A stretch of 64,000 nucleotides of DNA from an uncultured Pseudomonadales bacterium (GTDB lineage: Bacteria > Pseudomonadota > Gammaproteobacteria > Pseudomonadales > JADFDG01): the NCBI GenBank assembly GCA_964574995.1, contig CAZNPF010000007.1:3689-67688 (forward strand), given 5' to 3'. A program made the position numbers and the translations under genes. Every line of letters starts with the position of its first letter. Position 1 is the stretch's first letter. Below are positions 31,636 through 42,054 of this stretch, in pieces. Under the pieces are notes generated by a model. That model searched no databases. It was not told the DNA's origin and saw only the letters and a list, made by a program, of their open reading frames with translations.

Positions 31636-31663
31636 AAAATAGCACAAAAAAAAACCAGTGCAA
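31636..31663 (-). promoter_or_regulatory. Candidate sigma-70 promoter for H1-like gene with T9 tract in spacer
   Basis: TTGCAC-N16 (TGG-T9-GTGC)-TATTTT, extended -10 TGn. Confidence 0.55.
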
Positions 31664-31853
31664 ATTATTTCAATGGGTTAGACATGCTGCGCCCCTTTTC
31701 AGAGGCGCGATTCAGCCTCTGAAATGCTTTTTCAAAACCGTTTGAAGCGCCTTGCGAGCACGCCGCTGAAAGGTCGTCACGGATTCTGCATCGGCAGGTG
31801 ACAAAAAACGGCAGCAAATAAAATTTCCCGGTTTTTACGGGATGAAATGAAAT

Positions 31854-32852
31854 TTAACGTGCACTCAACCACGCATCTGCATGCTCGTTGATGAGCACCT
31901 TGAGCAGTTCCGCATGAGCCGTTGAGTCGTTCAGTGCAGGGATGTAGGTATACCGTTCACCGCCGGCATGAAAAAAGGCGTCACGGTTCTGCTGCGCGAC
32001 CTCTTCAAGGGTCTCCAGACAGTCCACCGCGAACCCTGGACAGACGATTTGAACTGTTTTCACACCCTGCTGCGGCCACGTTTTGAGGGTCTGATCGGTG
32101 TGTGGCGCAAGCCACTCAGCGGCACCGAAACGCGATTGATACGCCAACATCCAGCGGTCTGTCGGTAGATCGAGTTGCGCCGCAACGGCCCGCGCTGTCG
32201 CTTCACAACAACCTGCGTACGGGTCGCCACGCTCGATGCATGCGCGCGGAATGCCATGAAAAGAGAACAGCAACTGCTGCGCATCGCCCTCTTTGGCGCG
32301 AACAGCACGGATGCTGTCGGCGACGGCGGCCACATATGCCGGGTGCTCACTGTATTCGCGCACGATGCGTAACTCGGGCGGATTGCGCGTCGTCAGCAAG
32401 TAGCGCGCGACGATATCCACAACCGCGCCACTGCTGGTTGCCGAAAACTGTGGATAAAGCGGCAGGATCAGCACGCGCTTCACCTGCTCTGCCTCCAATT
32501 TCCACAGCAACGCGGCCAACGAGGGCTCGCCATAACTCATAGCGGTGTGCACGCGAACGGTCGGCGCATCACCCAACACCTGCTGCAAGCGATCTGCCAA
32601 AGCGCGGGTGTGCACCAGTAACGGAGAACCGTCAGGCTGCCAAATGCTGGCGTACAAGCGGGCGACGCGCCGCGCACGCAACGGCAGTACCAACAAGTTA
32701 AGCAGCGGCCGCCACAACCAACGCGGCAACTCCACCACGCGTGGGTCGGACAAAAACTCGCGCAGATAGCGGCGGACTGCTGACGGCGTTGGCGCAGTGG
32801 GTGTGCCGAGATTGACCAGCACGACGGCGATCTCAGATGAACTCCGGGTCAT
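31854..32852 (-). CDS. hemH: Ferrochelatase
   Basis: LVNLGTP, LPLYPQFS, LFSFHGIP, YQSRFG, FAVDCLETLEE. Confidence 0.96.
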   Translation of the reverse strand: MTRSSSEIAVVLVNLGTPTAPTPSAVRRYLREFLSDPRVVELPRWLWRPLLNLLVLPLRARRVARLYASIWQPDGSPLLVHTRALADRLQQVLGDAPTVRVHTAMSYGEPSLAALLWKLEAEQVKRVLILPLYPQFSATSSGAVVDIVARYLLTTRNPPELRIVREYSEHPAYVAAVADSIRAVRAKEGDAQQLLFSFHGIPRACIERGDPYAGCCEATARAVAAQLDLPTDRWMLAYQSRFGAAEWLAPHTDQTLKTWPQQGVKTVQIVCPGFAVDCLETLEEVAQQNRDAFFHAGGERYTYIPALNDSTAHAELLKVLINEHADAWLSAR

Positions 32853-32895
32853 GCACGCTCCAGCGATCGACAGAAAACAGGCCGGGGAATTATTC

Positions 32896-32923
32896 ACAAA
32901 AAAGGGAGGCCGAAGCCTCCCTT
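32896..32923 (-). terminator. Terminator after adk
   Basis: Minus strand AAGGGAGGC-ttcg-GCCTCCCTT followed by T-tract. Confidence 0.85.
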
Positions 32924-32943
32924 GGGTTCAGGGTGTTCGCATT

Positions 32944-33711
<768 letters not shown>

Positions 33712-33724
33712 CTAAAACCCCGGC

Positions 33725-34960
33725 TCAGGGCACCCGCTGATCAATAACCAGCCGCAACGGACGCTGCTTCAACGGCAGCGTCACCTGTGCCCCGGCGCTT
33801 TCGAGGTCACCACTGGCCGGCATCGGCATGCCGGACTGCGACAAACGCGCACGCACTTCCAACGGGCCACGTTCGCGCAGCGGCGCACCGGGAACCATTT
33901 GATCGGCATCGGTGATGAGCACGGTTGCCGGCAAGGTCGATGGCAATTTTTTGGCGGCGATCGGCATCGGCGGGCCTCCCGCTGCACGCACGATCACGAA
34001 CAACGTGGCATTCGGCGGCGGTGTGCCCATCGTCGGCGACAACTCCACGCGCACCGCAAGGCCCGCTGCAGGATCCGCAGCCGCTTTTTGCTGCGCACGA
34101 GCGCGCGCAATGCCGTCTTTCAGCGAAGGCACCGCCTGATTCGTGGCGGGCAGTTTTGCCAGCAATGCTTCCCAGTGCTGAATGGCGGCCGCGTAATCGC
34201 CACTTTCATAGGCCGCCATACCGTAAACCAACAACACTTGTTCGTTGTCGGGTTGTGCCGCGAGCATCGCATCCAGTTGCGCGCGTATCGCCGGTGACAA
34301 TTTGCTGCCCATCGCCAGATCGATGCGGATCACGGCCAACGCAATATCACTGCGCGACGGTTCAAGCCGCTGCGCATTTTGAAGAGCCTGTTGCGCAAGA
34401 ATCGGAATGCCCGCATCCAGCCAACTCGCACCGAGACCAAACCATTCATCACCGCCGGCATCGTGATCCAGTTGTGATTGCCGCAGCCGCACCGCATCAC
34501 GCAAGCTAAGGCCGGCGCGCTGCGCCGCCGCTTCGTCGATATAAATCGGCAACACGGCAACGCGATCACCGCTGGCTTGCAACGTCAGCCAATCGCGTGA
34601 ATCGCGGTTGAACCCGCTGACCAGCATGAGCCCTACCGCCAGCAAAGGCACCAACAACGACAGACCGAAAGCCACCGCGCGCGGCGAACCGGATCGCATC
34701 GCAACAGCGCTCGTAGCATCGGCCTCCACATCATCGACCAGCAACAATTCCAGTTCAGCCAAGAGCGCCGCATGCTGCGCATCGGGAATACGGCCAGCGG
34801 CATGTTCCGCATCCAGTTCGGCGCGGCGTTCGCGAAAAATCTCGACATTCATCCGCTGGCGGTCCACCACCTCGGGCTGACGCGCACGACGCAAGGCAAC
34901 GACCAGCACCAGCAGCACGACACTCAACAGCAGCAACGCCAAGGCAACAAACGCAATCAC
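33725..34960 (-). CDS. ccmI: Cytochrome c biogenesis protein CcmI/CycH
   Basis: N-terminal TM, NVEIFRER, TPR region (YGMAAYESGDYAAAIQHW), C-terminal PMPIAAKK / ARLSQSG domain. Confidence 0.85.
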   Translation of the reverse strand: MIAFVALALLLLSVVLLVLVVALRRARQPEVVDRQRMNVEIFRERRAELDAEHAAGRIPDAQHAALLAELELLLVDDVEADATSAVAMRSGSPRAVAFGLSLLVPLLAVGLMLVSGFNRDSRDWLTLQASGDRVAVLPIYIDEAAAQRAGLSLRDAVRLRQSQLDHDAGGDEWFGLGASWLDAGIPILAQQALQNAQRLEPSRSDIALAVIRIDLAMGSKLSPAIRAQLDAMLAAQPDNEQVLLVYGMAAYESGDYAAAIQHWEALLAKLPATNQAVPSLKDGIARARAQQKAAADPAAGLAVRVELSPTMGTPPPNATLFVIVRAAGGPPMPIAAKKLPSTLPATVLITDADQMVPGAPLRERGPLEVRARLSQSGMPMPASGDLESAGAQVTLPLKQRPLRLVIDQRVP

Positions 34961-35475
34961 TGGCGATCCTCCCGTGAGGCGTCATCAAACTGCGACAGAA
35001 TCGCGCGCACCCGTTCCGGGTCGGGTTGTTTCACCGCCGTAGCGCGACGACGTAGCCGCCATATCAACACACTGCCCGCACCCAGCAACAGCAAGAGCGG
35101 GCCGGCCCACAACAATGACGTGACGCCATTGAACGGCGGCTTGTACGAAATGAAATCGCCATAACGCGCTTTCAGGTAATCGATGATTTCCTGGTCGCTG
35201 CGGCCTTCGCGTAACAACTCATAGGTACGCTGACGCAAGTCCCGTGCGATCGGCGCATTGGAATCCGCCAAATTGTTGTTCTGACATTTTGGGCAACGCA
35301 ACTCGTCGATCAAATGATCGAAACGTGCTTCCTGCTCTGGCGTATCGAATTGATAGATATCGAAACTCTCAGCCCGCGCCCAACCCGACAGCAAGACGCC
35401 CACCAGCAACGCAACCGCCAACAACGCCACCACCCGCAACGACGCCGGCCAGCGCAACATCATCTGCCGGGTCAT
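34957..35475 (-). CDS. ccmH: Cytochrome c biogenesis protein CcmH
   Basis: LRCPKCQNNNLADSNAPIARDLR, RYGDFISYKPP. Confidence 0.95.
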   Translation of the reverse strand: MTRQMMLRWPASLRVVALLAVALLVGVLLSGWARAESFDIYQFDTPEQEARFDHLIDELRCPKCQNNNLADSNAPIARDLRQRTYELLREGRSDQEIIDYLKARYGDFISYKPPFNGVTSLLWAGPLLLLLGAGSVLIWRLRRRATAVKQPDPERVRAILSQFDDASREDRQ

Positions 35476-36035
35476 GGCGCGGCCTCACCGGAAGCAGACG
35501 CAGAAGAAACAGTCACGGGTGCCGCCACACGCAGAAACGGAGCAATTTCTTTCGCAAAATTTTCTGGCGTCAGCACACCGGCAATCCGATGGCGAATATG
35601 GCCTTGCGCATCCACCACGAACGTTTCTGGTGCCCCGTAAACGCCCAAATCCATTCCCAGCCGGCCATCGATATCGAGTATCACCGTGCGGTACGGCGAA
35701 CCACGTTCTGCGAGATATTTCCGCGCGGCGGCAGGGTCATCTTTGTAATTGACACCGATGAGGGTGACGCCTTGCTGGGCCAACTGCAGCAAATACGGAT
35801 GCTCTTCGTAACAGGACGGGCACCACGTTGCCCAGACGTTGATCAACAACGGGCCTTTGAGTTGCGATTGATCCGCCGTGCCACCATCCAGCGTCGGCAA
35901 CGAAAACACCGGTAAAGGCTGGCCTGCCAGCGCTGTGGGCAATTCTTCGGAATTTTTGCCGATACGCGACCCAAACAACAACGCCAGCAATAAAAAAGCC
36001 AGCAGCGGTACCGCGAAAAAGAGAATGCGCTTCAT
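35472..36035 (-). CDS. dsbE: Thiol:disulfide interchange protein DsbE/CcmG
   Basis: NVWATWCPSCYEEHP, GVNYKD, LGVYGAPETF. Confidence 0.95.
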   Translation of the reverse strand: MKRILFFAVPLLAFLLLALLFGSRIGKNSEELPTALAGQPLPVFSLPTLDGGTADQSQLKGPLLINVWATWCPSCYEEHPYLLQLAQQGVTLIGVNYKDDPAAARKYLAERGSPYRTVILDIDGRLGMDLGVYGAPETFVVDAQGHIRHRIAGVLTPENFAKEIAPFLRVAAPVTVSSASASGEAAP

Positions 36036-38053
36036 CGGGTTGCTCCACCGGTTAGGCGCGGTACTTCCGGCCGCGATGCAAGACGATGTGATGAATGGTG
36101 ATCTGATGAAAGACGACGCGATGCCAACCGATAACGGCGATCACACACTGCCCACAAACCGCCGAGCGCCATGAGCAACGCACCGCCCCACACCCAGCGC
36201 ATGAAGGGTTTTTGTTGCACACGCAGCGACCAAAAATCTCCGCCCAGATCTTCACCCAGCGAGACGTAATGATCGCGCAGCAAACCGGGATCGATGCCTG
36301 CTTCGGTCATGACGTTGTTGCGCACGGGATAAAGACGTTTTTCTGGATGCAGCGTACGCATCAGATCATCACCGTGGTAAATCGCCACGTGACCGCGGGT
36401 GCCTTCGTAATTTGGCCCCCGAACTTTTTCCAAACCCGTCAATTGATAACGGAATTCGCCCAGCGTCACGCTATCGCCCACCGCCATGCGTACCGTGCGC
36501 GCTTCTTCACCACCGGCCACGAGTGCAATACCAATCGCCGTCGCCGCAATACCGACATGCGCCAGCCACATGCCTTTGTAACTGCGCGACAACCGACCAA
36601 AACCAGCCATAAGGCCTGCACGCGCGCTGCGCAATTTGCGCAACAAATCCATCACATGCGTACCGAGCAGCGCACCCGCGCCTGCTAGCGCCAGCAACGA
36701 CCACGCATGGCCAGCACCCAGATGCCACGCACCCAGCGCCAACAGCAAACCACTGCCGGCCAAAGCGCCGGTCATGTGCTCACGCAACAAAGGCAGCAGC
36801 GGTTGTGATTTCCAACGTGCATGCGCACCAAACGCCATCATCATCAGCAACAGCAAACCCAGCGGCGCAAACAACAAATTGAAATACGGCGGGCCGACTG
36901 AAATGCGGCCGAGATCCAGCGCTTCAGTCACCAGCGGGAACAACGTGCCCAGAAAGACCATCGCCAGCAGCGCCATCAACAGCAGGTTGTTGCCGAGTAA
37001 AAAAGTTTCGCGGGACACACCGTCGAAACGGCCTTCTGCTTTCAGTGCATGAGCGCGCCACGCAAAAACCGCCAACGCGCCACCCACCAGCGCCACCAGC
37101 ACGCCCAACACGAAAACGCCACGCGCCGGATCACTGGCAAACGCATGCACGCTGGTGAGTACGCCCGAACGCACCAAGAAGGTCCCCAGCAAACTCAAGC
37201 CGAAAGCAAAGATGGCCAACAACACCGTCCACGCACGAAACACGCCACGTTTTTCCGTCACCGCCAACGAATGAATCAGCGCAGTGCCGGTGATCCACGG
37301 CATCAACGATGCGTTTTCCACCGGATCCCAAAACCACCAACCGCCCCAACCCAGTTCGTAGTAGGCCCACCAACTCCCGAGTGCGATGCCCAGCGTGAGA
37401 AAAATCCACGCCACGGTCGTCCACGGGCGCGACCAACGCGCCCACGCGCTGTCGAGCCGGCCTTCCAACAGGCCGGCAATCGCAAACGCAAACGCCACCG
37501 AGAAACCGACGTAGCCCATGTAGAGCATCGGCGGATGCACGATGAGCCCGAAATCCTGCAACAGCGGATTGAGATCGTCGCCATCGACCGGAAACAGCGG
37601 CAACTCACGGGCAAACGGATTGGACGTGAACAACGTGAACGACAGGAAGCCAACCGCAATCAAACCCATCACGCCCAGCACGCGGGCAACCACCGTCATC
37701 GGCAACGCGCGCGACACCAGTGCCACCGCCGCCGTCCAGCCGGACAAGATCAGCGCCCACAACAACAGCGAACCTTCGTGCCCGCCCCAGGTGGCAGACA
37801 CGCGGTAATACCAAGGCAACAACGAATTGGAATTACCGGCCACGTATTGCACGGTGAAATCGTTGCCGACAAATGCCGCCACGAGGCAGCCGAAAGCCAA
37901 CGCGAGGCACACAAACTCCAGCAGGGCCAGCGGCCGTGCCAGTGACATCAACGCGGTATCGCGTCGGGCCGCACCAATCAGCGGCAAAGTACCCAGCGCC
38001 AGTGCCAGCACCAACGCCAGCGCCAACGCAAAATGTCCAAGTTCAGGAAGCAC
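36032..38053 (-). CDS. ccmF: Heme lyase subunit CcmF
   Basis: PELGHF, WGGHEGSLLLW, HPPMLY, WGGWWFWDPVENAS WWD motif; GTG start inferred at 38053. Confidence 0.96.
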   Translation of the reverse strand: MLPELGHFALALALVLALALGTLPLIGAARRDTALMSLARPLALLEFVCLALAFGCLVAAFVGNDFTVQYVAGNSNSLLPWYYRVSATWGGHEGSLLLWALILSGWTAAVALVSRALPMTVVARVLGVMGLIAVGFLSFTLFTSNPFARELPLFPVDGDDLNPLLQDFGLIVHPPMLYMGYVGFSVAFAFAIAGLLEGRLDSAWARWSRPWTTVAWIFLTLGIALGSWWAYYELGWGGWWFWDPVENASLMPWITGTALIHSLAVTEKRGVFRAWTVLLAIFAFGLSLLGTFLVRSGVLTSVHAFASDPARGVFVLGVLVALVGGALAVFAWRAHALKAEGRFDGVSRETFLLGNNLLLMALLAMVFLGTLFPLVTEALDLGRISVGPPYFNLLFAPLGLLLLMMMAFGAHARWKSQPLLPLLREHMTGALAGSGLLLALGAWHLGAGHAWSLLALAGAGALLGTHVMDLLRKLRSARAGLMAGFGRLSRSYKGMWLAHVGIAATAIGIALVAGGEEARTVRMAVGDSVTLGEFRYQLTGLEKVRGPNYEGTRGHVAIYHGDDLMRTLHPEKRLYPVRNNVMTEAGIDPGLLRDHYVSLGEDLGGDFWSLRVQQKPFMRWVWGGALLMALGGLWAVCDRRYRLASRRLSSDHHSSHRLASRPEVPRLTGGATR

Positions 38054-38342
38054 GATGCGTATCCACTCTGATATGGAAATGTCACCCGTCAATGAACGGG
38101 GTTCAGCAAGACGTGACAGTGCAACATAAAACGCGGCGGATCATACACATTTGCTAACCCTTACAGCCCGTGCCAACGGCAAAGGCCCGGAAGCGCCTTG
38201 ATAGAATCCGCCCGCACTTCGTCGGCACATGCCGCATACGTTGTCTGCGCACACTTTGTCCCTGCAACGCCTCGTCAGTTCCCGCCCGCGGGCCCGACGG
38301 CCTCGCAGGCCCTGCCTATGTACGACAGGACCTAAAGACCTG

Positions 38343-38858
38343 ATGGAACGCAAGCACAGCTTTACCTACGAAGAATTACTCGCCTGTGGCCGTGGCGAGA
38401 TGTTCGGCCCCGGCAACGCACAACTGCCGCTGCCGCCGATGTTGATGGTGGATCGCATCACACAGATCAACACCACAGGCGGCAAACACGGCAAAGGCGA
38501 AATCATTGCCGAGTTCGACATCAAGCCGGACCTCTGGTTTTTCAAATGCCACTTCGAAGGCGACCCGGTGATGCCCGGCTGCCTCGGTTTGGATGCCATG
38601 TGGCAGTTGGTGGGCTTTCATCTGGGCTGGTTGGGCAGCCCCGGCCGCGGCCGGGCCTTGGGTGCCGGTGAAATCAAGTTTTTCGGGCAAGTGCTACCGA
38701 AAGCCAAAACCGTCACCTATCACCTGCACTTGAGCCGGGTCATCCAGCGCAAGTTGGTCATGGGCGTTGCCGATGGCCATATGTATGTCGATGGCCGCGA
38801 AATCTACACCGCCAACAACCTCAAAGTCGGCCTCTTCACTTCCACCGATAATTTCTGA
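38343..38858 (+). CDS. fabA: 3-hydroxyacyl-ACP dehydratase/isomerase FabA
   Basis: [38 protein letters not shown]. Confidence 0.97.
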   Translation: MERKHSFTYEELLACGRGEMFGPGNAQLPLPPMLMVDRITQINTTGGKHGKGEIIAEFDIKPDLWFFKCHFEGDPVMPGCLGLDAMWQLVGFHLGWLGSPGRGRALGAGEIKFFGQVLPKAKTVTYHLHLSRVIQRKLVMGVADGHMYVDGREIYTANNLKVGLFTSTDNF

Positions 38859-38884
38859 CACTGCACATAACCGGAGATTTTTCT

Positions 38885-40102
38885 ATGCGTCGCGTCGTCG
38901 TTACCGGCATGGGCATCGTCTGCAGCCTCGGCAACAATCCGGCTGAAGTGCTCGCTTCCCTGCGTGCCGGCAAAAGCGGTATCCGCTTTATCGAGCAGTA
39001 CAAAGAAATCGGCATGCGTTCGCATGTCGCCGGCCAAGTGAAAGATTTGGACGTGGATGCGCTCATCGACCGTAAGCAACGCCGCTTCATGGGAGATGCC
39101 GCCGCCTACGCGCACATCGCCATGCAGCAGGCCATCACGATGTCCGGGCTGACACCGGAGCAGATCTCGCATGACCGCACCGGTTTGATCGCCGGTTCCG
39201 GTGGCGCGTCCAGTTCCAACCAAGTCGAATCCGCCGAAGTGATGCGCACCAAAGGCGTACGTCGCGTCGGCCCGTATCAAGTCACCCGCGTGATGGGCTC
39301 CACGGTCTCGGCGTGTTTGGCCACCGGTTTTCAGATCCGTGGCGTGAACTATTCGATCTCCTCCGCCTGCGCCACCAGCGCGCACTGCATCGGCAACGCG
39401 ATGGAAGCCATTCAGTTGGGCAAGCAAGACATCGTGTTTGCCGGCGGTGCCGAAGAAGAACACTGGACGATGTCCTGTCTGTTCGACGCCATGGGCGCAC
39501 TCTCGGCCGGCTACAACGACACGCCGGAAAAAGCGTCGCGTGCTTACGACGCCAACCGTGACGGTTTCGTCATCGCTGGCGGCGGCGGCATGTTAGTGCT
39601 GGAGGAATACGAGCACGCGAAAAAACGCGGCGCAAAAATTCTGGCGGAGATCGTCGGTTACGGTGCCACCAGCGACGGGGCCGACATGGTGGCCCCCAGT
39701 GGCGAAGGCGCAAAGCGCTGCATGCAGATGGCGATGGCCACCGTCGACACACCGATCGACTACATCAACGCGCACGGCACCTCGACGCCGGTGGGCGATG
39801 TCGCCGAGCTGGGCGCGGTGCGCGAAGCATTCGCTGGCAAGGCCGTGCCGCCGATCAGTTCCACCAAATCGCTTTCCGGCCACTCGTTGGGCGCTGCCGG
39901 CGTCCATGAGGCCGTTTACTCGTTGCTGATGCTGCAAAACGATTTCATCGCCGCCTCCGCCAACGTGGAAACGCTGGACGAAAAAGCCAACGGCCTGCCG
40001 ATCGTCACGCAGCGCGTGGACAACGCGAAACTCACCACCGTGATGTCCAACAGTTTTGGCTTTGGTGGCACCAACGCCACGCTGGTGTTCCGCAAGGTGT
40101 GA
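38885..40102 (+). CDS. fabB: Beta-ketoacyl-ACP synthase I
   Basis: [36 protein letters not shown]; follows fabA. Confidence 0.97.
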   Translation: MRRVVVTGMGIVCSLGNNPAEVLASLRAGKSGIRFIEQYKEIGMRSHVAGQVKDLDVDALIDRKQRRFMGDAAAYAHIAMQQAITMSGLTPEQISHDRTGLIAGSGGASSSNQVESAEVMRTKGVRRVGPYQVTRVMGSTVSACLATGFQIRGVNYSISSACATSAHCIGNAMEAIQLGKQDIVFAGGAEEEHWTMSCLFDAMGALSAGYNDTPEKASRAYDANRDGFVIAGGGGMLVLEEYEHAKKRGAKILAEIVGYGATSDGADMVAPSGEGAKRCMQMAMATVDTPIDYINAHGTSTPVGDVAELGAVREAFAGKAVPPISSTKSLSGHSLGAAGVHEAVYSLLMLQNDFIAASANVETLDEKANGLPIVTQRVDNAKLTTVMSNSFGFGGTNATLVFRKV

Positions 40103-40125
40103 ACGAAACCTTCATTCACCCTGTA

Positions 40126-40157
40126 ATAAAAAACCCGCCAGCCGGCGGGTTTTTTAT
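40126..40157 (+). terminator. Terminator after fabAB
   Basis: ATAAAAAACCCGCC-agcc-GGCGGGTTTTTTAT. Confidence 0.92.
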
Positions 40158-40171
40158 GGGCGCAACGTGTT

Positions 40172-40234
40172 TGCAAACGTTTGATCTCAGGGCGCGGCGC
40201 GTCAGCACCGTCGCGCCTTCGACGGTGGTTAGGG
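40172..40234 (+). mobile_element. Solitary attC-like integron recombination site
   Basis: AAC (40176-78) ... GTT (40228-30) ends, imperfect palindrome TCTCAGGGCGCG...CGCGCCTTCGA, ends in GTTAGGG; 63 bp; first box TGCAAAC deviates from RYYYAAC. Confidence 0.55.
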
Positions 40235-40247
40235 CCGCCGGTCCAGT

Positions 40248-40290
40248 TTGACAGGCGCATCCAACAGACATAGTCTTACCTTTGTCTTAC
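40248..40290 (+). promoter_or_regulatory. TA3 sigma-70 promoter and operator repeats
   Basis: TTGACA-N17-TAGTCT; GTCTTAC direct repeat at 40273 and 40284 (11-bp period). Confidence 0.75.
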
Positions 40291-40304
40291 TTTTGGAGCG
40301 CTCC

Positions 40305-40568
40305 ATGGAAACCACTAAGCTCTCCAGCAAAGGCCAAGTGATCATACCCAAGGCCTTTCGGAGCACCCATCACTGGGAGCCAGGTCTTGAACTCATGGTG
40401 ATCGACACCGGAGAAGGCCTGCTGTTGAAGCCTAAAGCCCCCTTTGCCCCCTCCGAGCTCTCGGAGGTTTTTGGCATGTTCAGAGGTAGGGTGTTGGCCA
40501 AGACTGACGAAGAGATTGAGGCCTCACTGACCCAAGACATGCGGAGAAAGTGGCGTGATAGCAATTGA
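40305..40568 (+). CDS. AbrB/MazE/SpoVT-family antitoxin, TA module 3
   Basis: METTKLSSKGQVIIPKAFR...PGLEL...LLLKP; GGAG RBS. Confidence 0.9.
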   Translation: METTKLSSKGQVIIPKAFRSTHHWEPGLELMVIDTGEGLLLKPKAPFAPSELSEVFGMFRGRVLAKTDEEIEASLTQDMRRKWRDSN

Positions 40569-40944
40569 TACCAATGTGCTGGTGCGCCTGCTGGTGAACG
40601 ACAACCCGACACAGGGCAAGGCCAGCCAGAAGCTATTCGCTTCCGAAGACATATTCGTACCGGACACGGTGCTGCTGGAAACCGAGTGGGTGTTGCGTGC
40701 CGCCTTTGACTTAAGCCCAGATGAAATCTGCACTGCCTTCCGGCGGATCTGCGGCTTGCCCAATGTAAACGTCAGCGACGGCCAACTGATTGCGCAAGTG
40801 ATCGATTGGCATGAGGCCGGTTTTGACTTTGCCGACGCGTTTCATCTCGCCTTGAGCAAAGAGCAAGACGCTCTCAAAACTTTCGACGCCAACTTCATCA
40901 AGAACGCCAAGAAGCATACCGACCGACGCGTGGAGCGGCCCTAG
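40555..40944 (+). CDS. vapC: PIN-domain toxin (VapC family), TA module 3
   Basis: MIAIDTNVLVR, LLETEWVL, DFADAFH, KTFD. Confidence 0.9.
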   Translation: MIAIDTNVLVRLLVNDNPTQGKASQKLFASEDIFVPDTVLLETEWVLRAAFDLSPDEICTAFRRICGLPNVNVSDGQLIAQVIDWHEAGFDFADAFHLALSKEQDALKTFDANFIKNAKKHTDRRVERP

Positions 40945-40954
40945 CGGGAGGCGC

Positions 40955-40987
40955 AAAAAAAACCGGGTGGCTTGCGCCACCCGGTTT
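40955..40987. terminator. Terminator between TA3 and porin (U-tract on minus strand)
   Basis: A8 then CCGGGTGGC-ttgc-GCCACCCGG-TTT. Confidence 0.85.
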
Positions 40988-41010
40988 CCTGTCTTCCCCG
41001 GTAAACCGGA

Positions 41011-42054
41011 TCAGAACTGTTGACGCAGGCCCAGACCAAAGGTGCCGTAGGTGTTGGTCGTGCCAGCACCGTTGTCGTTCTCCGATTGGCCCGCCAGAGC
41101 ATAGACCGTGGTGGACTTGCCGAGTGCGTAATCCGCACCCACGGCAATGGTCTGCACCGACGGATCATTACCGGTGGTATCGCCATCGACTTGGACGAAC
41201 TGGGCTTTGAATTTCCAGTCGCCGGCCGTCAGCGCACCGCTCAGCAGCATGGTGGTGTCTTCATCATGAAAACCTGGGCCCGTGAAAGATTCCTCGGCGG
41301 TCTGGTACAGGAAACCCACTTCCAGCGCGTCGGCTTTGTAGCCCACGACCGCACGCAGGGTGTCGACTTCGATGGTAGAGCCAATGGTCAAGCCACCGTT
41401 GGTGTTGTCGTTGACATTAGAATCCATCGCCAATGCCAGCGAGAGGCCGCCGGTCTGGTAGGTCACCGACGTGGACATCGACGGTTCCGTACCGCTGGAC
41501 TCCGAGTACGTGGTAGCAGCGACGTTGACGCGCAGGGCGTCGAGCAGCAGCGGCGAGGAGTACTGGATCACGTCAGCCAAGCGGTTCTCGGCGACAACGC
41601 CCGATTTCGTCATATCCAGCGAGGTGTCGTTGAATTGATCCACCGAGCCTTGGGCGGCTTTCAGCGGCGAATCGAACATACCGATTTTGACGGTACCGAA
41701 ATCACCGGCAACGCCGACAAAGACATCGCGCGAGGTGAATGGCAGCACACCAGGGTTACCCCAGTTATTGTTTGCATCGCCGTCATCCGCATCCACGCCG
41801 AACTCGGCTTGGTAAATACCCTTGAGGCCGGAGACGCTGGTGTCCACTTCACCGCGAACGCCCAAACGCGAGGCGTTGCTGCGAATGACCCACTGGTCTT
41901 CACTATTAGAAACGTCGTTGTCGTTACCGATGTTGTCGTTCACGTACTCTGCCGACAGATCGATTTGACCGTACAGCGTCGGGCCAGCAGCCAGAACGGT
42001 GGCAGGCATCGCCACTGCGGCGCCGATAGCAAGAGCAAGCAGCTTCTTATTCAT
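41011..42054 (-). CDS. Gram-negative trimeric porin
   Basis: Signal peptide, TLYGQID, NASRLGVRG, SRDVFVG, GADYALGKSTTVY, terminal Phe; AGGAG RBS. Confidence 0.92.
   Translation of the reverse strand: MNKKLLALAIGAAVAMPATVLAAGPTLYGQIDLSAEYVNDNIGNDNDVSNSEDQWVIRSNASRLGVRGEVDTSVSGLKGIYQAEFGVDADDGDANNNWGNPGVLPFTSRDVFVGVAGDFGTVKIGMFDSPLKAAQGSVDQFNDTSLDMTKSGVVAENRLADVIQYSSPLLLDALRVNVAATTYSESSGTEPSMSTSVTYQTGGLSLALAMDSNVNDNTNGGLTIGSTIEVDTLRAVVGYKADALEVGFLYQTAEESFTGPGFHDEDTTMLLSGALTAGDWKFKAQFVQVDGDTTGNDPSVQTIAVGADYALGKSTTVYALAGQSENDNGAGTTNTYGTFGLGLRQQF

Noticed and set aside
30853-31722. 289-aa Phe/Leu/Ala-rich ORF on the + strand
   Set aside because: Antisense shadow of the Lys/Ala gene (AAG/GCN codons give no reverse stops); RBS, promoter and terminator support the minus strand.
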